In this document: in pieces, positions 18,850 to 28,445 of the stretch
Numbering within the stretch: the stretch's first letter is position 1
Layout: each line of letters opens with the position of its first letter
NCBI GenBank assembly: GCA_041396685.1
Contig: JAWKYD010000024.1
Span: 10,308 to 74,307 of the forward strand
Direction: 5' to 3'
DNA: 64,000 bases
Origin: Burkholderiaceae bacterium
GTDB taxonomy: Bacteria > Pseudomonadota > Gammaproteobacteria > Burkholderiales > Burkholderiaceae_E
Notes under the pieces: model-generated
The model's input: the letters and a program-made list of their open reading frames with translations, nothing else
Told to the model about the DNA's origin: nothing
Databases searched by the model: none
Program-made: the position numbers and the translations under genes

Positions 18850-19380
18850 ATGTCCGCCATGCTCGAGATCACCACACTTCCGCTGCAGCCGCTGACGCGC
18901 GCCGGCTTCGCCGCCTACGGCGAATTGATCGATACCGAGGGCGGAACCGCGGTGGAAATCAACGACGGCAGCGCGCGGCGCTTCGATGCGCTGGCGCAAG
19001 TTGCGTTCGAGGCACCGGCAACGGGGGTCGGCATCAGCATCTTCGTGGCGGCGCGACGCCCGTTGCCCATGGAGGTCACCACCCTCGAACGTCACCCGCT
19101 GGGCGCGCAGGCATTCATGCCGCTCGACGGCCGCCCTTATCTGGTCGTGGTCGCCGATGATCAGCACGATGGGCCGGTGGCACCGCGCGCGTTCTTCGCG
19201 CGCGGCGACCAAGGTATCTGCTTCGGTCCCGGTGTCTGGCATCATCCGTTGATCGCACTGCATGACGACAGCCGCTTTCTGGTCGTGGACGCCATTGCGG
19301 ACGACGGCAACCTGGCCATCGGCAGGTTGACCGCCGCGCGCTATCGCTTGCCGGCGGTGGGCCCGTCAGGCACCCTTTGA
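18850..19380 (+). CDS. allA: Ureidoglycolate lyase
   Basis: LTRAGFAAYGELI...NDGSARRF...LERHPLGAQAFMPL...FLVVD is the AllA cupin-fold pattern. Length is about 176 aa. Confidence 0.82.
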   Translation: MSAMLEITTLPLQPLTRAGFAAYGELIDTEGGTAVEINDGSARRFDALAQVAFEAPATGVGISIFVAARRPLPMEVTTLERHPLGAQAFMPLDGRPYLVVVADDQHDGPVAPRAFFARGDQGICFGPGVWHHPLIALHDDSRFLVVDAIADDGNLAIGRLTAARYRLPAVGPSGTL

Positions 19381-19452
19381 CCGGTCCGTCGATGGTGTCC
19401 GCGCGGCCGCGGACGCGATCCCGACACTCGCCACTTGCCCTTCGGAATCAGC

Positions 19453-20448
19453 ATGAAACTTCCCGACACCATCACCGCCGTCGAACTGAACGGATTCGGT
19501 GGGCCCGAGGTCCTCGCGCCGGCACGCCTGCCCATGCCCGTGCCCGCGCCCGGCGAGTTGCTGATCCGGGTACACGCTGCCGGGGTCAATCGCCCGGACG
19601 TCCAGCAACGGCGCGGACAGTACAACCCTCCGCCCGGCGCCAGCCCGATCCCCGGCCTCGAGATCGCCGGAGAGGTGGTGGCCCTGGGTGACGGCTGCAA
19701 GCGATTCCGGCTCGGCGACAAGGTCTGCGCGCTGGTCGCCGGCGGCGGTTACGCCGAATATTGTGTCGCGCCCGAGGCGCAGACGCTGCCGGTTCCCGAG
19801 CCGTTGACCATGATCGAGGCGGCCGGTGTGCCCGAGACCTTCTTCACGGTCTGGACCAATGTCTTCGACCGCGGTCGGCTGCTGCGCGGCGAATCGCTTC
19901 TCGTGCATGGCGGCTCCAGCGGCATCGGCACCACCGCCATCCAGCTCGCCAAGGCCTTCGGATCGACGGTCTATGTCACGGTCGGCAATGCCGACAAGGC
20001 CGACGCGTGTCTGAAACTGGGCGCCGATCACGCCATCGTCTACCGCGACACCGATTTCGTCGACGAAATCAGGCGTCTGACGGGCAAGCGCGGCGTGGAC
20101 GTGATCCTCGACATGGTCGGCGGCGACTACCTGAGCCGCAATCTGGATTCGCTGGCCGTAGAGGGACGCCTCGTGCAGATCGCCTGGCTGGGCGGGTCGC
20201 GCATCGAGGCCGATTTCATGAAGATCCTGACCCGGCGGCTGACCTGGACCGGCTCGACGCTGCGTCCGCGCACGGTCGAGCAGAAGGCCGAGATCGCGCG
20301 CGCGCTCGAGCAGCGGGTCTGGCCGCTGCTGGCTGCCGGCACCATCAAGCCGGTGATTCACAAGACCTTCCCGTTGGCACAGGCACGCCAGGCGCACGAA
20401 CTGATGGAAAGCAGCGATCACATCGGCAAGATCATCCTCGAGGCCTGA
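19453..20448 (+). CDS. NAD(P)H:quinone oxidoreductase (zeta-crystallin / PIG3 type MDR)
   Basis: GELLIRVHAAGVNRPD, GGYAEY, and the nucleotide motif LVHGGSSGIGTTAIQLAK. The ATG at 19453 is preferred over the TTG at 19435. Confidence 0.88.
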   Translation: MKLPDTITAVELNGFGGPEVLAPARLPMPVPAPGELLIRVHAAGVNRPDVQQRRGQYNPPPGASPIPGLEIAGEVVALGDGCKRFRLGDKVCALVAGGGYAEYCVAPEAQTLPVPEPLTMIEAAGVPETFFTVWTNVFDRGRLLRGESLLVHGGSSGIGTTAIQLAKAFGSTVYVTVGNADKADACLKLGADHAIVYRDTDFVDEIRRLTGKRGVDVILDMVGGDYLSRNLDSLAVEGRLVQIAWLGGSRIEADFMKILTRRLTWTGSTLRPRTVEQKAEIARALEQRVWPLLAAGTIKPVIHKTFPLAQARQAHELMESSDHIGKIILEA

Positions 20449-20503
20449 TTAGGCTCGGGCGAGGCCCACCCGGCCGCTGGACGAGGCCAGGCGGTCCGAC
20501 GAC

Positions 20504-21622
20504 ATGAGATCCAAGCCACCCGTCGACATCCGCGCGTTGGTGGGCCGACTGATCGCCCGCCTTCGCGACAGCCGGCCGCTCCGATGGCTGCTGGACCGCT
20601 TTCGGGGCCGGCCCCGGGTCGATGCAAGGGACGTGCCGTCGGCGGATGCGCACAGCCGAGGCACCGGTGACGCCGTCCGCGAAGACGGTTTGGCGGGTGC
20701 ACTCGCCGAGGGCCGTCTGAGCCTGGCCTGGAGCGAGGCCTTCGCCAGATCCGGTCGCCTGCGTCTGGCACCCTGGTTGCCGCCCCACCGGCCGGTGCTG
20801 ACGCTGCGCGCGAGCGCTGATCCGGCGCCGCGTCGGCTGCTGGTCTGGTTGCACGGCTGCGACCAGCAACCCGAACCGTTCGCGAGTGCCACGCGGGTGC
20901 ACCGGCTGGTGACCGGCGACGACTGGCTGGTCGTCATGCCGGCCCAGGAGCGGCTGGCCAATCCGCATCGCTGCTGGAACTGGTTCGATGCGGCGACCGT
21001 CGAGGGCGACGGTGAGGTGGCCATCGTCCTGGCGGCCATCGACGCCGCCATCGCCACGCTGCCGGCTCCGCCGGCGGGTGTCTGCATCGCCGGCATGTCC
21101 TCGGGCGCGGCATTGGCGGCCGCCTGCGTGACCGCGGCCCCCGAACGATTCACGGCTGCCGCCTTTCACTCCGGGGTGGCCGCCGGCGCCGCGCGCGGGC
21201 CCCTCTCCGCTCGCCGGGTATTGGGCGCCGGTCCCGACGGCGACGTCACCCGCCTGGGCGCCCGTCATGCGCCGCGGCCCGTCGCCAGCCTGACGCTGCA
21301 CGGGCGCGACGACCCGGTGGTGGCGCCGGCACATGCGCGCGAACTGGTGCGCCAGATGCTCGCGCTGGACGGCTCGCTCGAGACGGGCGCACCGCTTCCG
21401 GCCGCGGAGCGCACCGAAACCAGCTCGATCGGCGGGCGCGAAATGGTGCTGGAGCACTACGGTGCGCACCAGCTGGCGTTGATCGCCGGCCTTGGTCACG
21501 CCTGGAGTGGCGGCGACGAACGCTGGCCTTACAACGATGCCATGGGCCCTGACGCCACGACGATGATCGGCCGCTTCTTCGACGCACGCATACGCGCGGC
21601 CGCCACCGAACACACGTTCTGA
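20504..21622 (+). CDS. PHB-depolymerase-family esterase (alpha/beta hydrolase) with a long N-terminal extension
   Basis: LVWLHGCDQ, NPHRCWNWF and the nucleophile elbow GMSSG are hallmarks of the esterase_phb family. The start codon is uncertain. Confidence 0.75.
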   Translation: MRSKPPVDIRALVGRLIARLRDSRPLRWLLDRFRGRPRVDARDVPSADAHSRGTGDAVREDGLAGALAEGRLSLAWSEAFARSGRLRLAPWLPPHRPVLTLRASADPAPRRLLVWLHGCDQQPEPFASATRVHRLVTGDDWLVVMPAQERLANPHRCWNWFDAATVEGDGEVAIVLAAIDAAIATLPAPPAGVCIAGMSSGAALAAACVTAAPERFTAAAFHSGVAAGAARGPLSARRVLGAGPDGDVTRLGARHAPRPVASLTLHGRDDPVVAPAHARELVRQMLALDGSLETGAPLPAAERTETSSIGGREMVLEHYGAHQLALIAGLGHAWSGGDERWPYNDAMGPDATTMIGRFFDARIRAAATEHTF

Positions 21623-21664
21623 ACGCCCGCTGAAAGCCCGGTACGTGCGATCCGAGCTCGGCGC

Positions 21665-22174
21665 TCAACGCACCAGAGGCCGGTCGCGCAGTTCGTTGGG
21701 ATCGCTGCCATCGCCCGGAAACGCACCCGCGAGCGCGTCGTTCAGGATCTGCAGCCCATCCAGCATTCCGGCGGTCAGCTTCCCGCTGGCTGCACCCTTG
21801 CCGATCGCATCGCAGGCGGTACTCCAAACCTGTGCCGAAACCGCCGCCAGCGCGCCCCGATCGGCCAGGATCTCCACCTGCCGGTCGGCCATCGACACGT
21901 AAAGGAGCACGCCGTTGTTGGCCGCGGTGTCCCAGACGTGGAGTTCGGCGAACACCTCGAGCGCCCGTTCGCGCGGGCTGAGTTCACGCCGCCATATCGC
22001 CAGAGGCGGCAATGCGCGCTCGATCACCACGCGGATCTCGGCCTTGTGCCGCTGTTCGCCGGCCGCGATCGACGCCTCGATCTCGGCGAGCTCGTGCTCG
22101 GCGAGCACCGGACGCCAGCCGGCGATGCCGGCCCACCCGTGACGCAGCGCGCGCGTGAGTCGATTTGGTTCCAT
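21665..22174 (-). CDS. TPM-domain protein (DUF477-like)
   Basis: IEASIAAGEQRHKAEIRVVIE...NNGVLLYVSMADRQVEILADRG is a TPM-phosphatase-fold pattern, usually partnered with LemA/YgcG. Confidence 0.75.
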   Translation of the reverse strand: MEPNRLTRALRHGWAGIAGWRPVLAEHELAEIEASIAAGEQRHKAEIRVVIERALPPLAIWRRELSPRERALEVFAELHVWDTAANNGVLLYVSMADRQVEILADRGALAAVSAQVWSTACDAIGKGAASGKLTAGMLDGLQILNDALAGAFPGDGSDPNELRDRPLVR

Positions 22175-22406
22175 GAGCGCCGATCATAAGCCGTGAATCG
22201 CTTCGTGCGCCGCTCGACCCCGGCAATGCGGGCATCACACCGAGCCGCTCGGAGGCCGTTACCATCGATATCGACGGCGCCGGAAGCCGTCGGGCCCCGA
22301 TATCGATCACGCCGGTGCATGCCGGCTCACACGGGCGGCGGCCGCCCCACCAGCGGTCATTGGCTGCCGCCCGCTGCCCGACACCGACCGAAGGAGACGA
22401 AAGACA

Positions 22407-23558
22407 ATGGATACGAAAGCGCTCCTGTCGCGCCTGATCGCATTCGATACCGTCAGCCGCAATTCGAACCTCGAACTGATCGATTTCGTCGCCGACTATC
22501 TCGATGGCCTGGGTATCGCCACTCAGCGGGTCTTCGACGAAACCGGCGCGAAGGCCAATCTGGTGGCGACGATCGGCCCGGCGGACGTCGGTGGCATCAT
22601 CCTTTCCGGTCATACCGACGTGGTGCCGGTCGATGGACAGGAATGGACCAGCGATCCGTTCCAGGCCGTCATCCGCGACGACCGGCTGTGCGGACGCGGC
22701 TCGGCCGACATGAAGGGCTTCATCGCATCGGTCTGCGCACGTGTTCCCGCGATGCTCGCGGCGCCGTTGGCGCGGCCGTTCGTCATCGCGCTCTCCTATG
22801 ACGAGGAAGTCGGCTGTCTCGGCGTGCGGCGGCTGCTCGCGCAGATGGCGCAATGGCCGGTAAAGCCGATCGGCTGCGTGGTCGGAGAACCAACCGAGAT
22901 GCAGGTCGTCATCGGCCACAAGGCCAAGCGCTCGCTACGGGTCACCATCGACGGCACGGCCGCACATTCGTCGCTGGCGCCGCAGGCGGTCAACGCCGTC
23001 GAGTACGGCGCCCGCCTGACCGTATACATCCAGGACATGGGTCGGCGCCTGGCGCGCGAGGGACGGCGCGATCCGCTCTATGACGTCGAACACACCACCG
23101 CCCATGTCGGCGTGCTGCGCGGCGGCCAGGCGCTGAACATCGTTCCCGAGCGCTGCGTGCTCGACTTCGAATTGCGCGCCCTGCCGGAGGACGATGTCGA
23201 CACGTTCGTCGACTCAATCAAGGCGCATGCCGCCCAGGTGCTCGAGCCCGAGATGCAGGCGATCGCGCCGCAGACCGGCATCACTTTCGAGTTGCTCTCG
23301 GGTTTTCCGGGCCTGTCGACCGCGCCTACCGACGGCTTCGTCGGGCGACTCAAACGACTGGTGGGCCGCGCCGATCACGGCAAGGTGGCATTCGGCACCG
23401 AGGCAGGCCTGTTCACCCAGACGATCGGTGTGCCCGCCGTCGTTTGCGGACCCGGCAGCATCGCCCAGGCCCACCGCGCGGACGAGTACGTCGAACTGGC
23501 GCAGCTCGAGCGCTGCGATGCGTTCATCGACGATCTGATCGACAGCTGTCGGGCATGA
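22407..23558 (+). CDS. argE: Acetylornithine deacetylase
   Basis: LIAFDTVSRNSNLELIDFV...LSGHTDVVPVDGQEWTSDPF...GRGSADMKGF is the M20 ArgE signature. AAGGAGA precedes the ATG. Confidence 0.9.
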   Translation: MDTKALLSRLIAFDTVSRNSNLELIDFVADYLDGLGIATQRVFDETGAKANLVATIGPADVGGIILSGHTDVVPVDGQEWTSDPFQAVIRDDRLCGRGSADMKGFIASVCARVPAMLAAPLARPFVIALSYDEEVGCLGVRRLLAQMAQWPVKPIGCVVGEPTEMQVVIGHKAKRSLRVTIDGTAAHSSLAPQAVNAVEYGARLTVYIQDMGRRLAREGRRDPLYDVEHTTAHVGVLRGGQALNIVPERCVLDFELRALPEDDVDTFVDSIKAHAAQVLEPEMQAIAPQTGITFELLSGFPGLSTAPTDGFVGRLKRLVGRADHGKVAFGTEAGLFTQTIGVPAVVCGPGSIAQAHRADEYVELAQLERCDAFIDDLIDSCRA

Positions 23559-23624
23559 CGCACGATGGGCGCGCGCGGCCGGGCGCGTGCGCATGGCCGC
23601 GACGTTGCAGGCCGACCACCGTGC

Positions 23625-24620
23625 TCACCAGCCTCCCGAGGCGCCCCCGCCCCCGAAACCGCCGCCTCCGCCGCTGAAGCCTCCCCCACCGCCGCCGAAG
23701 CCGCCACCGCCGCCCCAGCCACCGGAGGTCCAGGTGTGCCGGCCCGACCGCCGCAGGCCGCCGCCCGAGCCGCCGGCGCCGGTTCCGGACGTCAGCAACA
23801 GCATCAGCGATGCGCCGATAGCGCTGCCCACGATGCCGATCAGGCCCGCGGTCATCAGCCATGCGGCGATGCCCGAGAACCCCGAGCCGATCACGTAGCT
23901 CGGCCACTTGCCCACCAATGCACCCGAGAGCACGCCGATCGTGAAGCCGAAGAACGCGAGCATGATCGCCGTCTCGGCCGTGAACGCGCCGCCCGGGTCG
24001 CGTGCCTTGGTCGGTGCCGGCAGGGGTTCACCGTCGATCAAGCCGACCAGCGCACGCACGCCGGCCTCGATGCCGCGGGCGTAGTCACCGTCGCGAAACG
24101 CGGGGGTGACCTGCTCGGCGATGACGCGCTTGGCCAGCGCATCCGGGATCGCGCCTTCGAGTCCGTAGCCCACCTCGATGCGCATGCGCCGATCGTCGAT
24201 CGCGATCAGGAACAGCGCACCGTCGTCGACCTGGCGACCATCGACCTGCGCACGGCCGAGCTTCCAGGCCTCGGCGACACGAATCGAATAAGACTCGATG
24301 GGCTCGGGCTCGGTCGTGCCGACGATCAAGACCGCCAGTTGCGCGCCCTTGCGCGCCTCGAGATCGGCCAGCGTGCGCGCAAGGCTGGCGCGCTGATCGG
24401 GCTGCAGGATGCCGACCGTGTCCACCACCCGGCCGGTCAGGGCGGGCACGCTCTGCTGCCCCCAGGCCGGAACGGCGGTCAGCACCGTGAGCGTGGCCAG
24501 CAGCCAGAACAGCACGCCCGCGACGCTGGCAACGAATGAAGCGGTGAAACCGCCAGGCGGTTCGGAACCCGAAAACGGAGTCAGGCAAGCCCCCGTGCCG
24601 CACGCTTGCCAGGCGCGCAT
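23625..24620 (-). CDS. TPM-domain membrane protein, YgcG family, with a glycine-rich C-terminal tail
   Basis: Signal/TM segment, then VPALTGRVVDTVGIL...LAVLIV...FLIAIDDRRMRIEVGYGLEG (TPM), TM helices and a GGGGGF tail. The start is the ATG at 24620; an alternative GTG lies at 24698. Confidence 0.8.
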   Translation of the reverse strand: MRAWQACGTGACLTPFSGSEPPGGFTASFVASVAGVLFWLLATLTVLTAVPAWGQQSVPALTGRVVDTVGILQPDQRASLARTLADLEARKGAQLAVLIVGTTEPEPIESYSIRVAEAWKLGRAQVDGRQVDDGALFLIAIDDRRMRIEVGYGLEGAIPDALAKRVIAEQVTPAFRDGDYARGIEAGVRALVGLIDGEPLPAPTKARDPGGAFTAETAIMLAFFGFTIGVLSGALVGKWPSYVIGSGFSGIAAWLMTAGLIGIVGSAIGASLMLLLTSGTGAGGSGGGLRRSGRHTWTSGGWGGGGGFGGGGGGFSGGGGGFGGGGASGGW

Positions 24621-24708
24621 CAAGGCCGGTTCGCCCGCGGCCGAGGCGAGCGCATCCGGCGTCTTGCGCGCCGATGGCAGGCAGCGGTCCCGCCTCACCC
24701 CTGCCCCC

Positions 24709-25308
24709 TCAATTGGCCGGCGCCTTGCGGTTGAAGTCGACGCTCGGCGGACGCTGGATCTCGCGCTCGTTCTCGACCGTGAAATTGGGCTTGGTCTCAT
24801 AGCCGAACACCATTGCCGTGAGGTTCGACGGCATCTGGCGGATCAGGACGTTGTAGGACTCGACCGCATCGATGTAGCGTTTGCGTGCGACCGTGATGCG
24901 ATTCTCGGTACCCTCGAGCTGCGCCTGAAGATCACGGAAGTTCGCGTCCGATTTCAGCTGCGGATAGTTCTCCACGGTCACCAGCAAACGCGACAGTGCT
25001 CCGGTCATGTTCGCCTGCGATTGCTCGAATGCCTGCAGCGAGGCCGGATCACCCGGATCGACCTGGATCTGGCTCGCCCTGGCGCGCGCCTCCGTCACCG
25101 CCGTCAGCACGTCGCGCTCCTGGTCGGCGTAGCCCTTGACCGTGTTGACGAGATTCGGAATCAGGTCGGCCCGGCGCTGATACTGATTGACGACCTCGGA
25201 CCATGTCGCGCGCGTACGCTCGTCGGCCGCCTGGATCGCGTTGTAGCCACAACCAGAGATCACCAGCGCCGCACCGAGCAACGCCAACCACTTCAATGAA
25301 CGAAACAC
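24709..25308 (-). CDS. lemA: LemA family lipoprotein
   Basis: Lipobox LVISGC, then the LemA blocks [19 protein letters not shown]...YADQERDVL...ENYPQLKSD...RITVARKRY. The GTG start at 25308 is preceded by GGAGGG. The product is 199 aa, typical of the family. Confidence 0.88.
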   Translation of the reverse strand: MFRSLKWLALLGAALVISGCGYNAIQAADERTRATWSEVVNQYQRRADLIPNLVNTVKGYADQERDVLTAVTEARARASQIQVDPGDPASLQAFEQSQANMTGALSRLLVTVENYPQLKSDANFRDLQAQLEGTENRITVARKRYIDAVESYNVLIRQMPSNLTAMVFGYETKPNFTVENEREIQRPPSVDFNRKAPAN

Positions 25309-25458
25309 GATGAACCCTCCGAACTTGATCGACCGCAAGACCACGATTGCCGCCCGGCGTCCGACACGTTGAACCGCGCTATATTGCCATCGAGAGAAAG
25401 CCATTGTCCCTTGGCCGCAGGTTCGTCCGGCAATGGCGCGTGCCAACGCAAAGCATGG

Positions 25459-26124
25459 ATGTCCACGGTCATGAGCACTGCAGCGACCAACAACGAGCTG
25501 GCCAGACTTCGGCAGGAATACCGCCTGGCCGCACTCGACGAAACTCATCTCGACCCCGATCCGCTGCGTCAGTTCCAGCGCTGGTTCGACGAGGCGCGCA
25601 AAGCAGAGCTCCTCGAAGCGAACGCGATGTCGGTGGCCAGCGTCGGGCCCGACGGCAAGCCCTCGGTACGCATCCTGCTGCTCAAAGGTCTCGAATCCGG
25701 CGGCTTCACCTTCTTCACCAACTACGAGAGCCGCAAGGGCCGAGAGTTCGCGTCGAACGATTCGACAGCCTTGCTATTTTTCTGGGCACCTCTCGAACGA
25801 CAGGTCCGCGTCGAGGGCACGATCCAGAAAGTGCCGCCCACCGAGTCCGACGACTACTTCAAGCAGCGCCCGGCCGGTGCGCGCCTGGGTGCGTGGGCAT
25901 CACAGCAAAGCGCGGTGATTGCCTCACGCGCGGTGATCGAAACCCGCCTGCGAGAACTGACAGCGCGCTACGGAGACGACCCGCCCCGTCCACCACACTG
26001 GGGCGGCTACCGACTCCTGCCGGACACGCTCGAGTTCTGGCAGGGTCGGGAGAACCGTCTGCACGACCGTCTTCGCTATCGCCGCAGCGACGCCGGCTGG
26101 GTCATCGAGAGGCTCTCTCCCTGA
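25459..26124 (+). CDS. pdxH: Pyridoxamine 5'-phosphate oxidase
   Basis: LRQEY...[13 protein letters not shown]...[10 protein letters not shown]...[12 protein letters not shown]...VRVEG...YFKQRP...LEFWQGR...RLHDRLRY. The start is the ATG at 25459 or 25471. Confidence 0.93.
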   Translation: MSTVMSTAATNNELARLRQEYRLAALDETHLDPDPLRQFQRWFDEARKAELLEANAMSVASVGPDGKPSVRILLLKGLESGGFTFFTNYESRKGREFASNDSTALLFFWAPLERQVRVEGTIQKVPPTESDDYFKQRPAGARLGAWASQQSAVIASRAVIETRLRELTARYGDDPPRPPHWGGYRLLPDTLEFWQGRENRLHDRLRYRRSDAGWVIERLSP

Positions 26125-26139
26125 CGCGCGGCTCGGCGC

Positions 26140-28182
26140 TCATCTCGCCGTCGAGGCGCCCGCGTCGGCGCCCAGCGCCGGGCCGCCGGCTCGCGAGCGC
26201 TCGGTCACGCGCCGATAACGTCGGTCGGCAATGGCGACGAAACCGCCCAGCGCCATCATCAGACACCCCAACCAGATCCAGTTCACCAGCGGCTTGTAAT
26301 GCAGCCGCACGACCCAACGCTGTCCGTCCAACGGCTCGCCCATCGACAGATACACGTCGCGCAGCAGGCTGCGATCGATTGCGGCCTCGGTCATGGGCAT
26401 GCCACTGCTCGTGTAGGTGCGCTTCTCGGCCAGCAGCACGCGCCGCGGCGGTTCACTGTCGGCGACGTCGGCGGCACGCAGCGAGAAGCGGCCGCGCAGG
26501 CCGTCGAAGTTGGGTCCGTGCACCTGCGACAGCGCGTCGAAACGCAGGCGATAGCCGGCAAGCTCGGTGCTCTCACCCGGCGACAGTGCCAACTCGTTCT
26601 CGATCTCGAAGCTGCTGACGGTCGTGACGCCGATCACGAAGGCGGCGATGCCCAGGTGCGCCAGATGCATGCCCCAGACACTGATCGGCTGCATCGCCAT
26701 TCGCCGGCCAATCGCACCCGCGACCAGCCGGCCGTCGGCGCCACGCATCGTGTCGACGACACCGACGCCCACCGTCAATACGATCCAGATGGCCAACGAA
26801 TAACCTAGCGATGCAAGAGGCCGCCAGCCCGCACCCGGCGCGCCGAGCGCCACCGCCACGGCGGGCGCCGCCAGCCCGGCCAGCACCGAAACCACCAGCG
26901 CCCAACGTAGCCGCACCGCCAGCGGCGGCAACGGCGAAGATTTCCATCGCGCCAATGGGCCGATGCCCATCAGAAACAGCGCCGGCGCCATGACCGGCAC
27001 GAACACCGCATCGAAGTACGGCGGCCCGACCGAGATCTTGCCCATGCCGAGTGTGTCGAGCAGCAGCGGATAGAGCGTGCCCAGCAGCACGACGCCCATC
27101 GCCACCACCAGCAGGATATTGTTGGCGAGCAGCATCGACTCGCGAGAGATTCCCTCGAAGCGCGCCTGACTGCTCACCGCGGACGCACGCGCCGCGAACA
27201 GCGTCAGCGATCCGCCGATCACCACCGCGAGAAAGGCCAGGATGAAGACACCCCGGGCCGGATCGGTCGCGAACGCATGCACCGAGGTCAGCACACCACT
27301 GCGCACGAGAAAGGTGCCGAGCAGACTCAGGCTGAAACCGGTGATCGCCAGCAATACCGTCCAGCTTCGGAAAGCGCCGCGCTTCTCGGTGACCGCCAGC
27401 GAGTGGATCAGCGCGGTTGCCACCAGCCATGGCATGAACGAGGCGTTCTCGACCGGATCCCAGAACCACCAGCCGCCCCAGCCGAGCTCGTAGTACGCCC
27501 AGAACGAGCCCAACGCGATGCCCAGCGTCAGGAACGCCCAGGCCACCGTCGTCCAGGGCCGTGCCCAGCGCGCCCAGGCCGCATCGAAGTGCCCGCCGAT
27601 CAGGCCCGCCACCGCGAACGCGAACGCCACCGACAAACCGACGTAGCCCATGTAGAGCAGCGGCGGATGAAAAATCATGCCCGGGTCTTGCAGCAAGGGA
27701 TTCAGATCGCGACCGTCGATCGCCGCCGGCACCACCCGCTCGAACGGATTGCTGGTCAGGAGCAGGAACAGCAGGAAGCCCACGCCGACCATGCCCATCA
27801 CGGCCAGGATGCGCGCGCGCAGCACATCGGCGAGCCCGCGCGAGAAGAGTGCCACCGCCGCCGTCCAGCCCGACAACATCAACGACCACAGCAACAGCGA
27901 GCCCTCGTGCGAGCCCCAGGTGGCGGCCACACGCATGGCCAGCGGCAGCGACAGGTTCGAATGCTGGGCGACCAGCGCGACCGAGAAATCGTGCCGTACG
28001 AACGCGCTCAGCAGCAGACCAAAGGCCAGCACGTTGAGCGCGAACAGCGCGATCGCCGCCGGCCGTGCAACCCCCATCAGGCGGACGTCGGAACGCCAAG
28101 CGCCGACCATCGGCACGATGGCCAGAATCAGTGACACGGCCAAAGCCATGGCCAACGCAAAATGACCGATCTCAATCCACAT
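26140..28182 (-). CDS. ccmF: Heme lyase CcmF/NrfE family subunit (no other ccm genes in the window)
   Basis: MWIEIGHFAL..., HDFSV..VAQHSN, the WGSHEGSLLLW Trp-rich motif, WAYYELGWGGWWFWDPVENAS, and about 15 TM segments. Confidence 0.92.
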   Translation of the reverse strand: MWIEIGHFALAMALAVSLILAIVPMVGAWRSDVRLMGVARPAAIALFALNVLAFGLLLSAFVRHDFSVALVAQHSNLSLPLAMRVAATWGSHEGSLLLWSLMLSGWTAAVALFSRGLADVLRARILAVMGMVGVGFLLFLLLTSNPFERVVPAAIDGRDLNPLLQDPGMIFHPPLLYMGYVGLSVAFAFAVAGLIGGHFDAAWARWARPWTTVAWAFLTLGIALGSFWAYYELGWGGWWFWDPVENASFMPWLVATALIHSLAVTEKRGAFRSWTVLLAITGFSLSLLGTFLVRSGVLTSVHAFATDPARGVFILAFLAVVIGGSLTLFAARASAVSSQARFEGISRESMLLANNILLVVAMGVVLLGTLYPLLLDTLGMGKISVGPPYFDAVFVPVMAPALFLMGIGPLARWKSSPLPPLAVRLRWALVVSVLAGLAAPAVAVALGAPGAGWRPLASLGYSLAIWIVLTVGVGVVDTMRGADGRLVAGAIGRRMAMQPISVWGMHLAHLGIAAFVIGVTTVSSFEIENELALSPGESTELAGYRLRFDALSQVHGPNFDGLRGRFSLRAADVADSEPPRRVLLAEKRTYTSSGMPMTEAAIDRSLLRDVYLSMGEPLDGQRWVVRLHYKPLVNWIWLGCLMMALGGFVAIADRRYRRVTERSRAGGPALGADAGASTAR

Positions 28183-28380
28183 CGCGCCGTTTTCCAGGGT
28201 AGTCGAACAAGCCCGCGCCAGGCCATGAAATCGGCGCGACCGCGGGCCGCTATTGTGGCGCAGACCGCGAGAGCGACCCGAAGCAAGGGGTTTCGCGCGC
28301 CGCCCCGACTTACCGTGCAGGTCGCCCTCGCTGGCGCCTCAACCTCCGGATTGCCCACCGCGGCGGCGGGCACCGACGCG

Positions 28381-28412
28381 AAAAAGCCGCCCGGGCGAGA
28401 CGCCGCGGGCGG
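28381..28412 (-). terminator. Rho-independent terminator after the BI-1/YccA gene
   Basis: The minus-strand RNA reads CCGCCCG-(12 nt)-CGGGCGG followed by CUUUUU, about 35 nt after the stop at 28446. Confidence 0.7.
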
Positions 28413-28445
28413 TAGAGGGGAAGAGAGACGAAATCGATTAGAGCG

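Noticed and set aside
20766-20780. A perfect TGGCAC-N5-TTGC sigma-54 core motif on the plus strand.
   Set aside because: It lies inside the esterase CDS, upstream of the essential LHG/GMSSG catalytic blocks, with no suitable downstream start codon. One chance match to a 10-nt pattern is plausible in 128 kb of two-strand GC-rich sequence.
23625-23760. A CCGCC/GCC-rich low-complexity stretch that looks like a microsatellite.
   Set aside because: It encodes the Gly-rich C-terminal tail (GGGGGF repeats) that is characteristic of YgcG-family proteins. The repeats are imperfect and lie within the CDS.
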